Source of the DNA: Macrostomum lignano
Lineage: Eukaryota
NCBI GenBank assembly: GCA_002269645.1
Contig: NIVC01000576.1
Coordinates: 235,637-299,636 of the forward strand
Direction of reading: 5' to 3'
DNA: 64,000 nt
A program made the translations under genes and the position numbers. The notes below the pieces were generated by a model that worked only from the letters and a program-made list of their open reading frames with translations, ran no database searches and had not been told where the DNA came from. How positions within the stretch are numbered: the stretch's first letter is position 1; every line of letters starts with the position of its first letter. Of the stretch, positions 14,050 to 26,396 are shown piece after piece.

Positions 14050-14134
14050 ATCTAAAGGATCTCGAGATTAATGTTCAAATAGAATTTCTGAACCATTCCG
14101 GTTACAATAACGCTCGTACATGAGAAGCCCTCAC

Positions 14135-14231
14135 CATATAGTTAACTTGTCGCCTGTACAGCTCTTTGTCCAAGCCAGCAGTCACCAGCTGACCGCACTC
14201 GGTCTGAAACTGGCTGACAGCTTGAGAAGCC
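14135..14231 (-). CDS. Uncharacterised gene X, exon 3 (ASQAVSQFQTECGQLVTAGLDKELYRRQVNYM)
   Basis: TTTTTTCAG acceptor and ATG|GTGAG donor; 97 nt; phase 2 start matches the end of exon 2. Confidence 0.7.
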
Positions 14232-14694
14232 CTGAAAAAATAATTATTTACATTTGCTTATTGTTGTTGTAAGCCAGACGGAACCAACTGAAGGTCATTT
14301 CCTAATTCCTACTGCTCTTAATTATTATATATTAGCGTAATTAACGTTATCAGACGCACATATCTGGCTTTTATCCAAGGCTTGATTGATGCAAACGCCC
14401 CGACAGTAATTTGATTGATTGACACACGAGTTATCAGCAAGTAACTACATGTAATCTCTCCGATGTCAAAATCGAATAATGAAATCAGTAGCGGTGTCTC
14501 TGAAATCAAATAAAGATTCTAAATTAATTTATCCACTGGCACTGCTCATAGCTAATAAATAAAATGTACTTCAACCAATTCAATTCTGTCTGAATTTGAT
14601 ATATCAATTATCTGCATGGAGCGATCAAGGACTTTTATATAGTTAGTGTCTGGACTGGATATCCAAGTCAACAATAATGGACATCTTGCTGAAG

Positions 14695-14955
14695 TGGTGT
14701 TGTAGCCCAGTGGTTAGAGCGGAGCGGCCGACTCACGACTTGAGGGTCGGGGGTTCGATTCTCGATCCCACTGGAACAATTTGTGTCCTTGAGCTGTAAA
14801 ATGGGTGCCAGCATTAGCTGGGGTAATTGAGGGTGTGTGGGACTGAACAGCCGTACGCAGCCTTCAAATGCGCGGAGCAATAGCTACGGCTGAGCTGTCA
14901 GTTGCACATCTGGCCCAGTTGGGGCAGGTGTAATCAATTATTATTATTATTATTA
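14695..14955 (+). mobile_element. tRNA-derived SINE, copy 1
   Basis: A box TAGCCCAGTGG, B box GGTTCGATTC, CTGTAAAATGGG body motif, (ATT)n tail; 9-bp TSD TTGCTGAAG at 14686-14694 and 14956-14964. Confidence 0.88.
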
Positions 14956-17569
14956 TTGCTGAAGAATATTCTATTCCCAATTTCTAGATCCAAAAGCCCC
15001 TGGCTCAGGAAGCGAATGCCCCACTTAAGACACTCAACCATCGAGTCGAGTAGTTTTAGCGCATAGCCGAGTGTACTCAGGCTAACAACCCAGTGTCCAT
15101 GATGTCAGCATTATGCCGTAATTATGCTGACGCGTCAGCATATTTTTGACAAGCAAAAAAATTCCAAATTTGTGTTGCATTGATATCTGTTTGATATTTA
15201 TTGAAAGTGCTTCCAGTTTTGCCAGCAATTCTTTCTTTTTTAGGCGCAGCATCAAACTGGAATAAATTTGGCCTGTGCATGCCACGGCACAATTAAGGCA
15301 TTAAGTGCTAAAAATATGACTTTGAGAAACTTAGAAGGAAAAGATTTTATGCAGGTTCCTGAATAGTCCCAAATTTATAATAGTCTTCAAAGATACCCAT
15401 TGACAAATTTTACTGTCTTCATAATTTTTGCATATATACAGCATGCAAATGCTTGTTCATTTCGTCGATTTGATATAATTTGAATTGTACATGTTTCTTA
15501 TATATACTGAATGGACTACAAATAGTAGTCATACAAGTAATATTTAGATGGTTTATTTTAAGCTATGTTATCTTTTGGCTATAGTAGTTATACATGTTTT
15601 TATTTTTTGTTATAATACTAAATATTGAACAATATTGAACAAAAATATAGCACATTTTTAATTGATGCTTTTTACACTCATTTGTCTTAGGCCTAGTCTG
15701 TCTCGATCAATTGTACTGGCTTTTATATGTATGCGCAGAAAAATACCTTTTCTAACAAGGCATTTGTATATTAGTTTCTAGCAATAGTAGTGGGTGCAGT
15801 CTGACAATTTTCTAAGGCTGTATATGATATTACGAAGTTATATATGTTAATGTACTAGCCTAGGCTCTATAGGCATAGGCCTATGTGAAATATTGTACTT
15901 GTCATATTTTATATAGGGCCTACACCAGTTTTTAGTTGCTTTGTTGTATAAATTGCTGTTAAAATATGATATGATATAATACTGTTCCTTGTAGTTTATA
16001 TTGCAAATAGCAAACAATTACATATTCAGTTGTCAAAAAAGGATAAAACTAATTTTAAGTTTTATCTAAATCAATGAAACAAATGTTGAAATCAGACAAT
16101 AGGCTTTTTCCAGTTTCTTAACTATTTTATTTACTGGGACACTTAAGCCTTTAAGAGGTCTACTTATAGTAAAGTACTTATCTAAATATCTATAGACAGA
16201 ATAATAATTCATTGTAGGCCTAATTATAGGTTATAAACATAGCTAGGCCTATAGTATATTATTGTATAAGGCAAAAAAAGGTTTAACCTTTTATATTTAT
16301 AAGTTAGGCCTAATGAATAGGCCCTTAATTTACTCTGTATATATATAAAGCCTAGGTTTTTTTAAGGTTAGAAATCCAGTTGCCAATGGCTATTTTTGGT
16401 TGCCCACTGGCAACCTAACTACCCACATTCTTGAGGATCTAGATATTTCTAGGGCTCATTAAAACATGGATACACTATATGACTATGTGAATGAAACAGT
16501 TTGGGACTTGGTATTAAATTGACATTGAAATTATCCATTTTTGCAACTTTGTTTTTGCATCAACTTAGATTAATAGGCCTATAACATTTTTATTATACTT
16601 GTAAAATCATTTTCTGAAAGTGGCAACTGGCACAGCCCACAGGGAAATAAAGTTGCTAGATTGGCCTCTGATGCCAAAAATCCAATTGCCAATGAGATTT
16701 TCAAGGGGCCAAAAAATCCCATATGGCCAAAAAATAAACCTAGGCATTATATCTTATATTCTTGTTATTTAATTACTAATTTAACTATAAAGTGCCAATT
16801 TATTTTGATTTAATAGGATTTATTTGGTTACCTACAAAAAATAAATATAATATAATAATATATAAAAGCAAATTCTATAAACAAAAAATTTAAATTGAAT
16901 ATCAATTTTTTAGCAATATTAAAAATGTGATAAATATATTTTTTCCATCATAGTTTAAGACTTTATTATGGCTTTTTAAATTCTAATTTTTTATTTTTTA
17001 TATTGTAATGTTCATGATATTTTCATGATTAAATGTCTAAATACGATATATTGATACAATATTAAGTATAGCAAAAGCAGTTAATATGCAGTGTATTATG
17101 TTAATGTGTAGTTTAATATTTTTATATATTGCAAGTATAGCATGTTGTTAAAGAGGGACATTATTTTCATGGTATATATTGACAAAGATCAATCAATTTT
17201 ATTAGTTTACTATGTGGATAAGACTAGGACTAGGAGCAGCATTATCTACATAATTCTATGCCAATTGGGAAAATATTCTATAGTATATAATATTAAATAT
17301 TAAGTATTGAGTAGTATTAAGTATTTTCTTCCTTAATAGTCAGTTTATCTAAGATTCTAAGAGAAGGAAAGACAGGGATTGGAAAAGAATAATAGATATA
17401 TATTAGACAACTATATAAGTGGTAGAAAGGAGAGGAGAAGACTATGGGAATTGAAAAAAGAAAAGTTTGTAAGTGGGAGTTAAAAGCCAAATAAACATGT
17501 TATCTAAAGTCCAATTCATGCATTATTTCTTATTTCAGATGAGCATTCAATTTGAACAATGCAAATTCA

Positions 17570-18025
17570 AAGTCACATGCTTCGAAGCTGGGATGCAATT
17601 ACTGTCAAGGTTGAAGAAGTTTCGCTGAAGATAGGGTGGTTTACAAAACTTTTGTAGGCATTAAAAGAACAGATGCAGACTACAAATCTGGTCTTGAGAA
17701 TAACCAACTGCAGATTTCGCCACTCATTGACAATGCAAACTTGCAGTCTGGTTTCCCTGTTGATTACTAACATTCTGTTTGTTTGGGAGTTGTTCGCCAA
17801 TTGTTAAAGTTTTTTCTCCACTGTAAAGGGTTTTTGTCTTCGTTGTAAATTACACCCAACTGCTTTGGCTGAGCTGTCTGAAAAGTCGATTTCTTTGGCA
17901 AAATTTATACCAAATGAGTTTCAGTGACGGCCAAGGCGATTTGATACCAAGCTTTCTCATTTTAAGGCAACAGAATTCAGACTCTTTGCTGTATTTGGGA
18001 CCCTATCTTTTAAAGAAGTATCTGC
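17570..18025 (+). pseudogene. EnSpm/CMC-type transposase relic
   Basis: SHASKLGCNYC; RTDADY...SPL...FPVDY*HSVCLGVVRQLL; IPNEFQ*RPR...KATEFRLF/LLYLGPYLLK. These are the typical animal CMC motifs, interrupted by stops and frameshifts. Confidence 0.85.
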
Positions 18026-18329
18026 TTATAACTTTTGTATGTTGTTTTTGTTGCTATATTCTGTTTATATTTTTATGTTGTTATGTTTCTGTTTTCCCAT
18101 GCTATTTAAGTTACTATTTAAGTTAAATTATAAAAGAATTAAAGAACTAAAAACATGTTCCTACCATTGTTTTCGATGTTAAAAAAATACTTTTCTGCGC
18201 CGTCTTTTTTACAATACACTCGTATTTAGTTCTTTTGTACCATTTCCTAAAGCCTAATTAAAGCCTTGTGGAGTTCAAAAAGGGTTAAGTGCTTCATTGT
18301 AATAATTGGACAACAATTGCATTATTTAT

Positions 18330-18685
18330 GAGCCACAGAAAGCTACGGCGTACATTGGTTTACTATATAATTGAACAGGCATATCAGTCGCATATAGTTG
18401 GCATAAAAGCAGCATTACACTGGCATTTCATGCTAACATAATGCCTGGATCCCGTCGCGACATTCAGTCTGGCATGATATGCCAGCATTATTCCAACAAT
18501 GCAGCCACAATGCTACGAAGTACATTGGTTAACTACGTAATTGAACAGGCATATCAGTCGCATATAGTTGGCATAAAAGCAGCATTACACTGGCACTTCA
18601 TGCTAACATTATGCCTGGATCTCGTCGCGACATTCAGTCTGGCATGATGCTGGCATAATATTCCGGCATTATTCCGACAATGCGG
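18330..18685. repeat. 170-bp tandem duplication (2 copies) in the CMC right subterminal region
   Basis: TACATTGGTT at 18351 and 18521, followed by near-identical sequence. Confidence 0.9.
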
Positions 18686-19133
18686 ACACTGGGAAGCAGG
18701 GCAACAGTTCCAAATTAAATTTGTACTTTTTTTCGTTGAATTAGTTTCTCATATTTTATACTCGGCTAATATTTGCTCTGGCTGGAATCTCAGCTACCTC
18801 TCTTCTCTTTTCTATATGCAGGTAGAACCACCAATACAAAAACACACAATTTCCAGCTAAAATAAATTAATTTGCGGATTACACTACTAATTAGTTTATT
18901 TAAGTAGGATGTTTGACGCATTAACTTGAAATTCTAAGTAAATTATAAAATCAGTTATGGTGTTAATTAATTGTTAAGATTGTTATCTACTGAACCGGTT
19001 AATTTCTATTAGGAAAATAATTAAAATTGAAAGCAAAAACACGCGCGCAAAAGAATTATTGAGGTTATATCGAATGTTAATTTATGCTACAGGTGTTGCG
19101 TTTCTGACAATAAAAGCATGACAATATATTTAC

Positions 19134-19237
19134 TCAGGCGGTAGGGTTTCAATACAAGCCTGCAGCTTGGCATCAAGCCAAGCTCTGCAGTCTGTGTCCA
19201 GGGTGCGCCTGTCCTCCCAGGCTATGTTTGGAGGCGT
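19134..19237 (-). CDS. Uncharacterised gene X, exon 2 (TPPNIAWEDRRTLDTDCRAWLDAKLQACIETLPP)
   Basis: TTTGCAG acceptor and GA|GTAAAT donor; 104 nt, phase 0 to phase 2. Confidence 0.7.
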
Positions 19238-19470
19238 CTGCAAAGTGACGGCGTAACAGAATGAGCGGAGAGTGAGATTGCATGTCAGCGTACTGATTAG
19301 GACTATTAAATCAGTATTGCATAGTGTTCTAATAAATGAATAAGTTAACTTTGCAAACAAGTTTAATTAACATCTATAGTGCTAGTTCTAAAACGATAAA
19401 CACTATAAACATCCGTGAGAATAATGTTGAAAGTTAGATTAACAATCGAGGGAGTTTATTTCCCCATCTT

Positions 19471-19690
19471 ATAAACACCCATGACAGTTTATTATCCGAC
19501 TTTATAAACACCCATGAAAGTTTATCATCCGACCTTAAAACACCCATGAAAGTTTATCATCCGACCTTATAAACACCCATGAAAGTTTATTATCCGACCT
19601 TATAAACACCCATGAAAGTTTATCATCCGACCTTATAAACACCCATGAAAATTTATTATCCGACCTTAAAACACCCATGAGATTTCACTA
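19471..19690. repeat. 33-bp minisatellite, about 6.5 copies
   Basis: Unit ATAAACACCCATGAAAGTTTATTATCCGACCTT; lies in intron 1 of gene X. Confidence 0.9.
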
Positions 19691-19923
19691 CCCGACAAGC
19701 ACCTAAGCAAGTTTCAACCCTGATTTAATAAACATCCGTGGAAGTTTACTTGCTAGAATACGCAATTGCTAGAAAACAAACAGATTCAATGTAGACATGT
19801 CAAAGCTGTACAAGCAAACTATGTACAAGGTTAAAGAGAGGCAAAGTGCTTCTAGAAGTTGATTCAAGCTCAACAATTGATCAAACAGTTTTATCTCAGA
19901 CCAGCAGTTGAGCAGTGACTCAC

Positions 19924-20160
19924 TATTACGCCCGGGTCAATGCTGTCGTGTGGAAAATAATTTCTAACAAACACTTCGCCTAACAATTGAAACGTCATCT
20001 GTTTGAACCGATCCGATTGGCTGAACGCTGGCTCAGCTTCGATGCTATTGGCTAGCCGCTCAGCCAATAGGTGAGAGGCGCGCTGCCATTGGCTGGTTGG
20101 CTGCAGGCTGTCCTGATAGGCGTTGTTCAACCAACGCTGGGCGAACGGCTTCTCAGACAT
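19924..20160 (-). CDS. Uncharacterised gene X, exon 1 (MSEKPFAQRW...HDSIDPGVI, 79 aa)
   Basis: First in-frame ATG at 20160, with an in-frame stop upstream; ATA|GTGAGT donor; GC-rich coding-like composition; phases chain through exons 2-4 (183 aa). Confidence 0.7.
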
Positions 20161-20218
20161 GCTCGCCGGGTGTTGCAATGTTGCAGCTGTGTGTGAGTGT
20201 TTTGTTAGCGATTAGCGA

Positions 20219-20282
20219 TTAACGATTGGCTAATCTCAGAGTTGGCGGCTGCAGACCAAAGCAGTGCTTGTTCACCGGGTCT
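20219..20282 (-). CDS. SPRING1: SPRING1/C12orf49 homologue, exon 4 (R-DPVNKHCFGLQPPTLRLANR*)
   Basis: CCCGCAG acceptor, phase 2; matches the YRDP..KYCYG..PP C-terminus of the family. Confidence 0.88.
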
Positions 20283-20574
20283 CTGCGGGTTGAGACAGGG
20301 AAACGATTGAAATTTGTCTATCTAACATCAGCTCAGCAGCTTTAATGCACGAGATTTAATATGCAACATTTTCTGTTGAATTGAGATCCTAGATACGCCA
20401 GATCGCAGACCCTCCGATCCACTGACAGCTTTTCATACCCAGAAAACAGATCCCCAAATTATTGATTAATTATAGATTCTCAATTCTAGATTTAATATTC
20501 GCTTTAAAAATATTGGAGCTCTATAAACCTAAATCCTCAAATCCTTGAATTTCGGATTCTAAAACGCCAAATCC

Positions 20575-21890
20575 TCAGATATCAGATCTCCGATCTTCAG
20601 ATCCCAGATTCTTTGATTTTTTAGATCCCAGATACTCAGATCCTCAGATCCAGATCCTTAGACCCTCAGATCCTCAAATCTAGATCCTCAGATCCTCAAA
20701 TCTAGATCCTCAGATCCTCAGATCCCAGATTCTCAGATCCTCAGATCCCAGATTCTCAGATCCTCAGATCCCAGATTCTCATATCCAGATCCTCATATCC
20801 AGATCCTCAGATCCCAGATTCAGATCCTTAGACCCTCAGATCCTCAAATCTAGATCCTCAGATCCCAGATTCTCAGATCCTCAGATCCCAGATTCTCAGA
20901 TGCTCAGATCCCAGATTCTCATATCCAGATCCTCATATCCAGATCCTCAGATCCCAGATTCTCATATCCAGATCTTCAGATCCCAGATCCTGATCCTCAG
21001 ATCCCCAGATCCTGATCCTCAGATCCCAGATTCTCAGATCCTGATCCTCAGATCCCAGATTCTCAGATCCTCAGATCCCAGATCTTCAGATCCCAGATCT
21101 TCAGATCCCAGATCTTTAGATCCCAGATCTTCAGATCCCAGATCTTCAGATCCCAGATCTTCAGATCCCAGATCTTCAGATCCCAGATCTTCAGATCCCA
21201 GATCTTCAGATCCCAGATCTTCAGATCCCAGATCTTCAGATCCCAGATCCTCAGATCACAGATCTTCAGATCCCAGATCTTCAGATCCCAGATCCTCAGA
21301 TCCCAGATATTCAGATCCCAGATCTTCAGATCCCAGATCTTCAGATCCTCAGATCCCAGATATTCAGATCCCAGATCCTCATATCCTCAGATCCCAGATC
21401 TTCAGATCCCAGATCTTCAGATCCCAGATCCTCAGATCCCAGATCTTCAGATCCCAGATCTTCAGATCCCAGATCTTCAGATCCTCAGATCCCAGATATT
21501 CAGATCCCAGATCCTCATATCCTCAGATCCCAGATCTTCAGATCCCAGATCTTCAGATCCCAGATCCTCAGATCCAGATCCTCAGATCCCAGATCCTCAG
21601 ATCCAGATCCTCAGATCCAGATTCTCAGATCCTAAGATCCAGATCCTCAGATCCCAGATCCTCAGATCCAGATCCTCAGATCCCAGATCCTCAGATCCAG
21701 ATCCTCAGATCCCAGATCCTCAGATCCAGATCCTCAGATCCAGATCCTCAGATCCAGATTCTCAGATCCTCAGATCCAGATCCTCAGATCCCAGATCCTC
21801 AGATCCAGATCCTCAGATCCAGATTCTCAGATCCTAAGATCCCAGGTCCTCAGATCTCATATCCTCAGATCCCAGATCCTCAGATCCCAG
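20575..21890. repeat. AGATCC-based low-complexity satellite filling SPRING1 intron 3
   Basis: Mixtures of CAGATCC, CAGATCTT and CAGATCCT subunits forming 15-bp-type repeats. Confidence 0.93.
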
Positions 21891-21928
21891 AGCCGAAAGT
21901 GTACTCTGCAGTATATAATCAAGCCAAC

Positions 21929-22279
21929 CTATAAGCGTTCTCGTGCTGCACGCTCTCAGAGCTGGTCCGGCAGCGGGCCAGGCACAACTGAAACGGATCG
22001 GCCACCCGCAGTAAAACTTTGTCACCGAGTGCTCGCGCTCTGAGCAGCACCGCCTCTAGGATCGGTCGCTGATTCGGCTGCAGACAGCACGAGACGCAGG
22101 ACTCGAAGCTTTTGCAGCACAGACTAAACTGATTACAAGCGGAGCAGTGGTACCTCACGGACCGCTGGCTGGGGTAGGGGCAGCAGCCGCCGGTCAGGAG
22201 ATCCGCGCGAGAACAGACCACGCCTCGCTCGTCGACTAGGGAGTCTCGGCCGCCGACTGAATTGCGGCACGTGTATTGC
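21929..22279 (-). CDS. SPRING1: SPRING1/C12orf49 homologue, exon 3 (Cys-rich domain)
   Basis: [24 protein letters not shown]...GCC...[13 protein letters not shown]...[22 protein letters not shown]; CTCCGCAG acceptor and AG|GTTGG donor. Confidence 0.95.
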
Positions 22280-22309
22280 CTGCGGAGCAGCGAGCGATCG
22301 GCTGAGGAT

Positions 22310-22412
22310 GTCTGTCTGTGTGTCTGTCTGTCTGTGTATGTGTCTGTCTGTGTCTGTCTGTCTGTCTGTGTCTGTCTGTCTGTCTGTCTGTCTGTGTCTG
22401 TCTGTCTGTCTG

Positions 22413-22443
<31 letters not shown>

Positions 22444-22446
22444 ATG

Positions 22447-22507
<61 letters not shown>

Positions 22508-22774
22508 ATGTGTCTGTCTGTCTGTCTGTGTATGTGTCTGTCTGTCTGTCTTTCTGTGTATGTCTGTCTGTCTGTCTGTCTGTCTCTCTGTGTATGTCTG
22601 TCTGTCTGTCTGTCTGTCTCTCTGTGTATGTCTGTCTGTCTGTCTGTCTGTCTCTCTGTGTATGTGTCTGTCTGTCTATCTGTGTATGTGTCTGTCTGTC
22701 TGTCTGTCTCTCTGTGTATGTGTCTGTCTGTCTGTCTTTCTGTGTATGTGTCTGTCTGTCTGTCTCTCTGTGTA

Positions 22775-22811
<37 letters not shown>

Positions 22812-23184
22812 GTGTATGTCTGTCTGTCTGTCTTTCTGTGTATGTCTGTCTGTCTGTCTGTCTCTCTGTGTATGTGTCTGTCTGTCTCTCTGTGTATGTG
22901 TCTGTCTGTCTGTCTGTCTGTCTTTCTGTGTATGTCTGTCTGTCTGTCTGTCTGTCTATCTGTGTATCTGTCTGTCTGTCTTTCTTTCTGTGTATGTCTG
23001 TCTGTCTGTCTCTCTGTGTATGTGTCTGTCTGTTTCTCTGTGTATGTGTCTGTCTGTCTCTCTGTGTATGTGTCTGTCTGTCTCTCTGTGTATGTGTCTG
23101 TCTGTCTATCTGTGTATGTGTCTGTCTGTCTGTCTCTCTGTGTATGTGTCTGTCTGTCTGTCTCTCTGTGTATGTGTCTGTCTG

Positions 23185-23215
<31 letters not shown>

Positions 23216-23566
23216 ATGTGTCTGTCTGTCTGTCTGTCTGTGTATGTGTCTGTCTGTCTGTCTGTCTGTCTCTCTGTGTATGTGTCTGTCTGTCTGTCTG
23301 TCTGTGTATGTGTCTGTCTGTGTCTGTCTGTCTGACTGTCTGTCTGTCTGTATGTGTCTGTCTGTCTGTCTATATGTGTATGTGTCTGTCTGTCTGTCTT
23401 TCTGTGTATGTCTGTCTGTCTGTCTGTCTCTCTGTGTATGTGTCTGTCTGTCTCTCTGTGTATGTGTCTGTCTGTCTATCTGTGTATGTGTCTGTCTGTC
23501 TGTGTCTGTCTGTCTGTCTCTCTGTGTATGTGTCTGTCTGTGTCTGTCTGACTGTCTGTCTGTATG

Positions 23567-23597
<31 letters not shown>

Positions 23598-24015
23598 GTA
23601 TGTGTCTGTCTGTCTGTCTTTCTGTGTATGTCTGTCTGTCTGTCTGTGCATGTGTCTGTCTGTGTATGTCTGTCTGTCTGTCTGTCTGTCTTTCTGTGTA
23701 TGTCTGTCTGTCTGTCTGTCTGTCTATCTGTGTATGTGTCTGTCTGTCTGTCTTTCTGTGTATGTCTGTCTGTGTATGTGTCTGTCTGTCTTTCTGTGTA
23801 TGTTTGTCTGTCTATCTGTGTATGTGTCTGTCTGTCTTTCTGTGTATGTCTGTCTGTCTGTCTGTCTATCTCTTTGTGCGTCTCTGCCTCCTGTGTCTGT
23901 TCCTGTGCCTGTATATCTGTCTGTCTGTCTGTCTATCTCTCTGTGCGTCTCTGCCTCCTGTGTCTGTTCCTGTGCCTGTATATCTGTCTGTCTGTACCAG
24001 TGTGTCTGTCTGTCC
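22310..24015. repeat. Compound (TCTG)n/(TGTA) microsatellite filling SPRING1 intron 2
   Basis: About 1.7 kb of TCTG interspersed with TGTGTATG; the source of the 357-579 aa SVCL ORFs. Confidence 0.97.
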
Positions 24016-24257
24016 GCCCTTCTGTGTGGAAATCTCTGACTGCCTGAAGGTAGCCTCCAACAGTGCAGTGTCCGGCTGCCCGTCTCTGTGTCTGCCTTGC
24101 CGTGGTTTTCAGCGTTCGTCTGTACTGTACCAATTTGACTGCCTGTCCGCCCATAAAGTTCAGTGTGTCTGGCAGTGTGTCTGTCTGACAGACACATATC
24201 TGGCTGCATTATTTCATAGTTAGTGCCAACTCTACGGAAGATTTAAACAAAACCAAC

Positions 24258-24430
24258 CTGAGCCTCAGCTGCGGTGAAGAGAAGTTTTTGCTGGCAGCAG
24301 CGGAGGAATCTGCAGCACTGGAAGTGTTGCCGGTCCCAGAGCCCACCTGATCGAGATCGAGCGGATGCCGCGACTGCCACTTGAAGGCGAGCAGTTGTTC
24401 GGTGCTGTCTTGCGAGCCGCTGCTAAAACT
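24258..24430 (-). CDS. SPRING1: SPRING1/C12orf49 homologue, exon 2 (stem region)
   Basis: SFSSGSQDSTEQLLAFKW...SPQLRL; 173 nt, phase 0 to phase 2; AG|GTTGG donor joins exon 3 in frame. Confidence 0.75.
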
Positions 24431-25095
24431 CTGTTATAAATGAGTAAAAAGGCGAAGTGACGAGCCTGCAATCCACCGACTAAGTCGATCAAATTTATCC
24501 TAATTTCTATTGTAAAAAAAACTTATAAATGTTTTTGGTATTCTTTCCAAACTCTATACAAAAACAATTAAACAAAAAAATGTTTGATTTTTAAATCAAA
24601 CATAAATCTCAAATTTAACCTTGAGATTGTGTAATTTCTTGGAAAGAAAAACAGTGGAGGAAAGAGGACAAAACTTTTTATCATATACATACAATCAATG
24701 CCTATGCCACATTCAAATCTGTTATACAGAATGCTAGACAAAGTGACCCCCTATATCATAAATTCAAGTTTATGTCAGAAAAACAAATTTACTTGTGATA
24801 TTAACGGCTGGATATTATCAGAAAGATGTTGCAACAATAAAGGACCTCTAGCATATATGTAAGATTCTGGAGTGGGGTACCCATGCCTGCAGCCCAGATG
24901 ATACAACCAGTCCTCAACAAGTTTGGACCCAGACCCAAGTAGGCATGAAGGGATTGTTACTTTTAACTTTTACTATTCTCTTTTAAATTTTTAAGGCAAA
25001 AGCTTGTCACCCTTTTGTTTACTTATATCTCATTACTTTTAACATTTTTTATTTGTAACTATTTTATTCATTTATAAAGAATGGCTAGGCCCTAG

Positions 25096-25978
25096 TATTG
25101 GTTTTGTTAGCCTAACTGAGAATAAAGCCATGCTCCAATAGTTTAAGCCATTTTTGCAGGTTTAGGAGTAACTCCTCACTCGGACCACTTTCAGTAGTAA
25201 TCCAAGCACTCTCCAATTTTTCTGCGCACTCCCAAAGACTTGCTAGCTGCGGGGATGGTCTGGGTGGATTCAGTCCTAGTACCATATCTGATTCCACTAA
25301 TATTGGGTTGGCGGTGTCTTGTACCATAGGCTTGGGTCAACTTCGCCCACCCTTTGAGCCGGGTTCAATTCCCATGTCTCTCGGGGTATCTCGGGCTCTG
25401 AACAGCCCCTGGTAGTGCCCTTCGCAGCAGAGCCCTTCCCTAGGCTGATTCGCGGGTCCCCCTAGGACTCTTCGTTTAACAACAACAACAAAGCCATCCA
25501 AAGTGAGAATCCTGCCTACGCTGACTATGAAGGGCCTGGCTGCGTGCAGCCTTAGTCTATGGGCCATAGACTATAAAGGACAAGCAAAGTGATAAAAAGC
25601 CATTCAATGTGAGAATCCTGCCTATACTGAATACGAAGGGCCTAGCTGCGTCCAGCCTAGTCTATGAGCCATATGAGTCTAGGATTTTAACTCTTTACTT
25701 TACTGTCCTGTATCATCCAGTGTGTTCCTGTTTCTGTTATTCTGTTCAAGCTATTGGCTAGTCATATGGCTCAGAAGGTATAAAAATAAAAGAATTCGAC
25801 ACATAAACCAATTGATTCTCACATTGGATGGCTTTTTATCACTTTGCTTGTCCTTTATTGTCTATGGCCCATAGACTAAGGCTGCATGCAGCCAGGCCCT
25901 TTGCAGTCAGCGTAGGCAGGATTCTCATTTTGGATGGCTTTATTCTCTTTATTCTCAATTAGGCTGACAAAACCAATA
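25096..25978. mobile_element. Foldback/MITE-like inverted-repeat element in SPRING1 intron 1
   Basis: Left arm 25096-25131 plus 25498-25617; right arm 25814-25978 in inverse orientation; the arms are built from a unit of about 107 bp; no TSD seen. Confidence 0.65.
25132..25489 (+). mobile_element. Non-LTR retroposon-type insertion (SINE or truncated LINE end)
   Basis: (AAC)n tail; 8-bp TSD AAAGCCAT at 25124-25131 and 25490-25497; B-box-like GGTTCAATTCC at 25362; interrupts the left foldback arm. Confidence 0.7.
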
Positions 25979-26396
25979 ATGATTTATAAGGTAAGGTAGA
26001 AGCTTGTTTCCTATTTGTTATTTGACCTCTTATTTTGTTTTTTTATTTGTTTTACTTTTAATACTTTGTTTAAATATAATCACAATCTCTGTGTGAAATG
26101 ATACAATCATTTGCTGTCAAAACATTACATTGTGATTAGCAAAAATGTCGCATAGCCAACCAAAACAACAAGACCTTGCACCCAAACCAAAGTATGGTCT
26201 ATAAATTAATTTTATATCTATCTAACCTGTTTAAGTTACTATAACTAGTCATTATCATAAAAAAATTAAAATAGGCCTAGGCACTGAAAGCATTTTAAAA
26301 CTTGTCAAAAGCAAAATAGTAAAAGTACATCATTTGCATTTTAGCACAATTTAAAATTTAGCACAAATTTAGTCAAGGCGTAGGTACACCACTTGC

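Larger units (their letters stand above)
15089..18693 (+). mobile_element. CMC (EnSpm/CACTA-like) DNA transposon, decayed, both ends present (3.6 kb)
   Basis: Termini CCCAGTGTCC / GGACACTGGG with an imperfect TIR of about 34 bp; 2-bp AA TSD; internal transposase relic; subterminal repeats. Confidence 0.8.

Noticed and set aside
14135-14231. Resemblance of QF..LV..LDKE in gene X to SYCP2
   Set aside because: Only a few residues match, and the rest of the joined protein and its length do not fit.
18278-18288. AAAGGGTTAA piggyBac-like end
   Set aside because: No convincing matching left end or transposase was found.
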